This document shows, one piece after another, positions 62,533-64,000 of a DNA stretch of 64,000 bases. The stretch is from an uncultured Chthonomonadaceae bacterium (GTDB lineage Bacteria; Armatimonadota; Chthonomonadetes; Chthonomonadales; Chthonomonadaceae), in contig CAWIEK010000053.1 of NCBI GenBank assembly GCA_963835065.1, positions 320,001 through 384,000 on the forward strand, written 5' to 3'. The position numbers were made by a program, and so were the translations under genes. The notes beneath the pieces were generated by a model, which saw nothing but the letters and a program-made list of their open reading frames with translations, searched no databases and was not told the DNA's origin. Position 1 is the stretch's first letter; every line of letters begins with the position of its first letter.

Positions 62533-64000
62533 ATGAGCGGAATATCCATTCAGCCAAACGAATTGCCCACAGAGCGCGGAGTGGTGCGCGAAAACTACCT
62601 CAACGAACAGCACACGATCAAATCGTGGCTGCTTACGGTTGACCACAAGCGCATTGCGATTCTGTACCTTATATCCATCACCTTTTTCTTTGTCATCGGC
62701 GGCGCGGCGGCAGGCTTGATTCGCCTTGCCCTGACCACGCCACACGACACCTGGTTCCAGTCGGAAACCTACAACAAACTGTTCACCATACACGGCGTCG
62801 TGATGATTTTCTTCTTCCTGATTCCGTCTATTCCGGCGGTTTTGGGGAACTTTCTGATACCGCTGATGATTGGGGCGCGCGACCTCGCTTTTCCACGTCT
62901 GAACCTGCTGAGTTGGTATGTCTTCATTGTTGCCGGGTTGTTCGGCGTGGCCTCCATTGTAGCGGGCGGCGTGGATACGGGCTGGACCTTCTACACGCCC
63001 TATAGCTCGATGTACAGCAACTCCAATGTCGTGCTGACGATTGCCGCCGCGTTTCTGGCGGGCTTCTCGTCCATCTTTACAGGTATAAACTTCATCGTTA
63101 CAATCCACAAAATGCGCGCGCCGGGCATGACATGGTTCCGCCTGCCGCTGTTTTGCTGGTCCCTGTACGCGACGAGCGTGATCCAGATTTTGGGAACGCC
63201 GGTTGTCGCTATTACCCTGCTGCTCGTGGTTCTGGAGCGTACCGTACACCTGGGCATTTTCGACCCGGCCAATGGCGGCGACCCGATTCTGTTCCAGCAC
63301 ATGTTCTGGTTCTACTCGCATCCCGCCGTGTACATCATGATTTTGCCCGCTTTCGGCGTTATCAGCGAATTGATGGCAGCGTTTACCCGGCGGCGCATCT
63401 TCGGCTACAGCTTCGTGGCGTTTTCCAGCATGGCGATTGCGGTATTGGGCTTTCTGGTGTGGGGCCACCACATGTTCGTGACGGGCCAGTCCATGTATTC
63501 GAGCATGGTGTTTTCCATCATCAGCTTCCTGATTGCCGTGCCGACCGCCATCAAAATCTTCAACTGGACGGCGACCATTTACAAGGGACAGGTTTCATTT
63601 ACGGCCCCCTTCTGCTACGCTTTGGGTTTCATCGGCCTGTTCACGCTGGGAGGCTTGACCGGCTTGTTCCTCGCGGCGCTGGCAACCGACGTTCACCTGA
63701 ACATGACGTACTTTGTCGTGGCGCACTTCCACTATGTCATGGTGGGCGGCGCGATCATGGCCTACATCGGCGGCATCCACTACTGGTGGCCTAAAATGAC
63801 GGGCCGCATGTATCCTGAAAACTGGGCGCGTCTTTCCGCCGCGATTACGTTTGTCGGCTTCAACCTGACGTTCTTCCCGCAGTTCATCGTGGGCTATATG
63901 GGCATGCCGCGCCGGTACCACTACTACGCGCCGGAATTTCAGGTATGGCAGGTGCTGTCCAGCGCAGGCTCTTCGGTGTTGGGATTCGGCTACATCCTGC
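62533..64000 (+). CDS. coxA: Cytochrome c oxidase subunit I, A2 type (partial, runs off the edge)
   Basis: Read from sequence: [41 protein letters not shown]. Confidence 0.95.
   Translation, partial: MSGISIQPNELPTERGVVRENYLNEQHTIKSWLLTVDHKRIAILYLISITFFFVIGGAAAGLIRLALTTPHDTWFQSETYNKLFTIHGVVMIFFFLIPSIPAVLGNFLIPLMIGARDLAFPRLNLLSWYVFIVAGLFGVASIVAGGVDTGWTFYTPYSSMYSNSNVVLTIAAAFLAGFSSIFTGINFIVTIHKMRAPGMTWFRLPLFCWSLYATSVIQILGTPVVAITLLLVVLERTVHLGIFDPANGGDPILFQHMFWFYSHPAVYIMILPAFGVISELMAAFTRRRIFGYSFVAFSSMAIAVLGFLVWGHHMFVTGQSMYSSMVFSIISFLIAVPTAIKIFNWTATIYKGQVSFTAPFCYALGFIGLFTLGGLTGLFLAALATDVHLNMTYFVVAHFHYVMVGGAIMAYIGGIHYWWPKMTGRMYPENWARLSAAITFVGFNLTFFPQFIVGYMGMPRRYHYYAPEFQVWQVLSSAGSSVLGFGYIL

Overview
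A GC-rich bacterial chromosome segment; the gene mix and PEP-CTERM proteins suggest Armatimonadota or a similar phylum (inference). Housekeeping content: purD, dnaB with two inteins, rplI, an MlaDEF-type transporter, tRNA-Gly(CCC), tRNA-Cys(GCA), moeA, ctaA/ctaB and a complete alternative complex III (actA-F) + SCO + A2-type oxidase operon running off the right edge. Several genes are broken by single indels, probably assembly errors. The most striking signal is non-coding: many gene junctions hold an inverted-repeat element whose arms are short tandem repeats (about ten different 7-mers, an 8-mer, and 8/9-mers starting ACC[AG]C). Architecture is conserved while unit sequence is not; elements nest, arms mirror each other's private changes, and some are translated inside genes. 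At 41.6-48.0 kb such arms delimit a cassette-like array holding an orphan immunity gene, a toxin-immunity pair between 41-bp direct repeats, a cyclase-STAND-TPR gene between 58-bp inverted repeats and a PEP-CTERM gene. A free-standing PD-(D/E)XK homing-type endonuclease sits between a consensus sigma70 promoter and the tRNA pair. All family assignments are from motif reading, not database searches.
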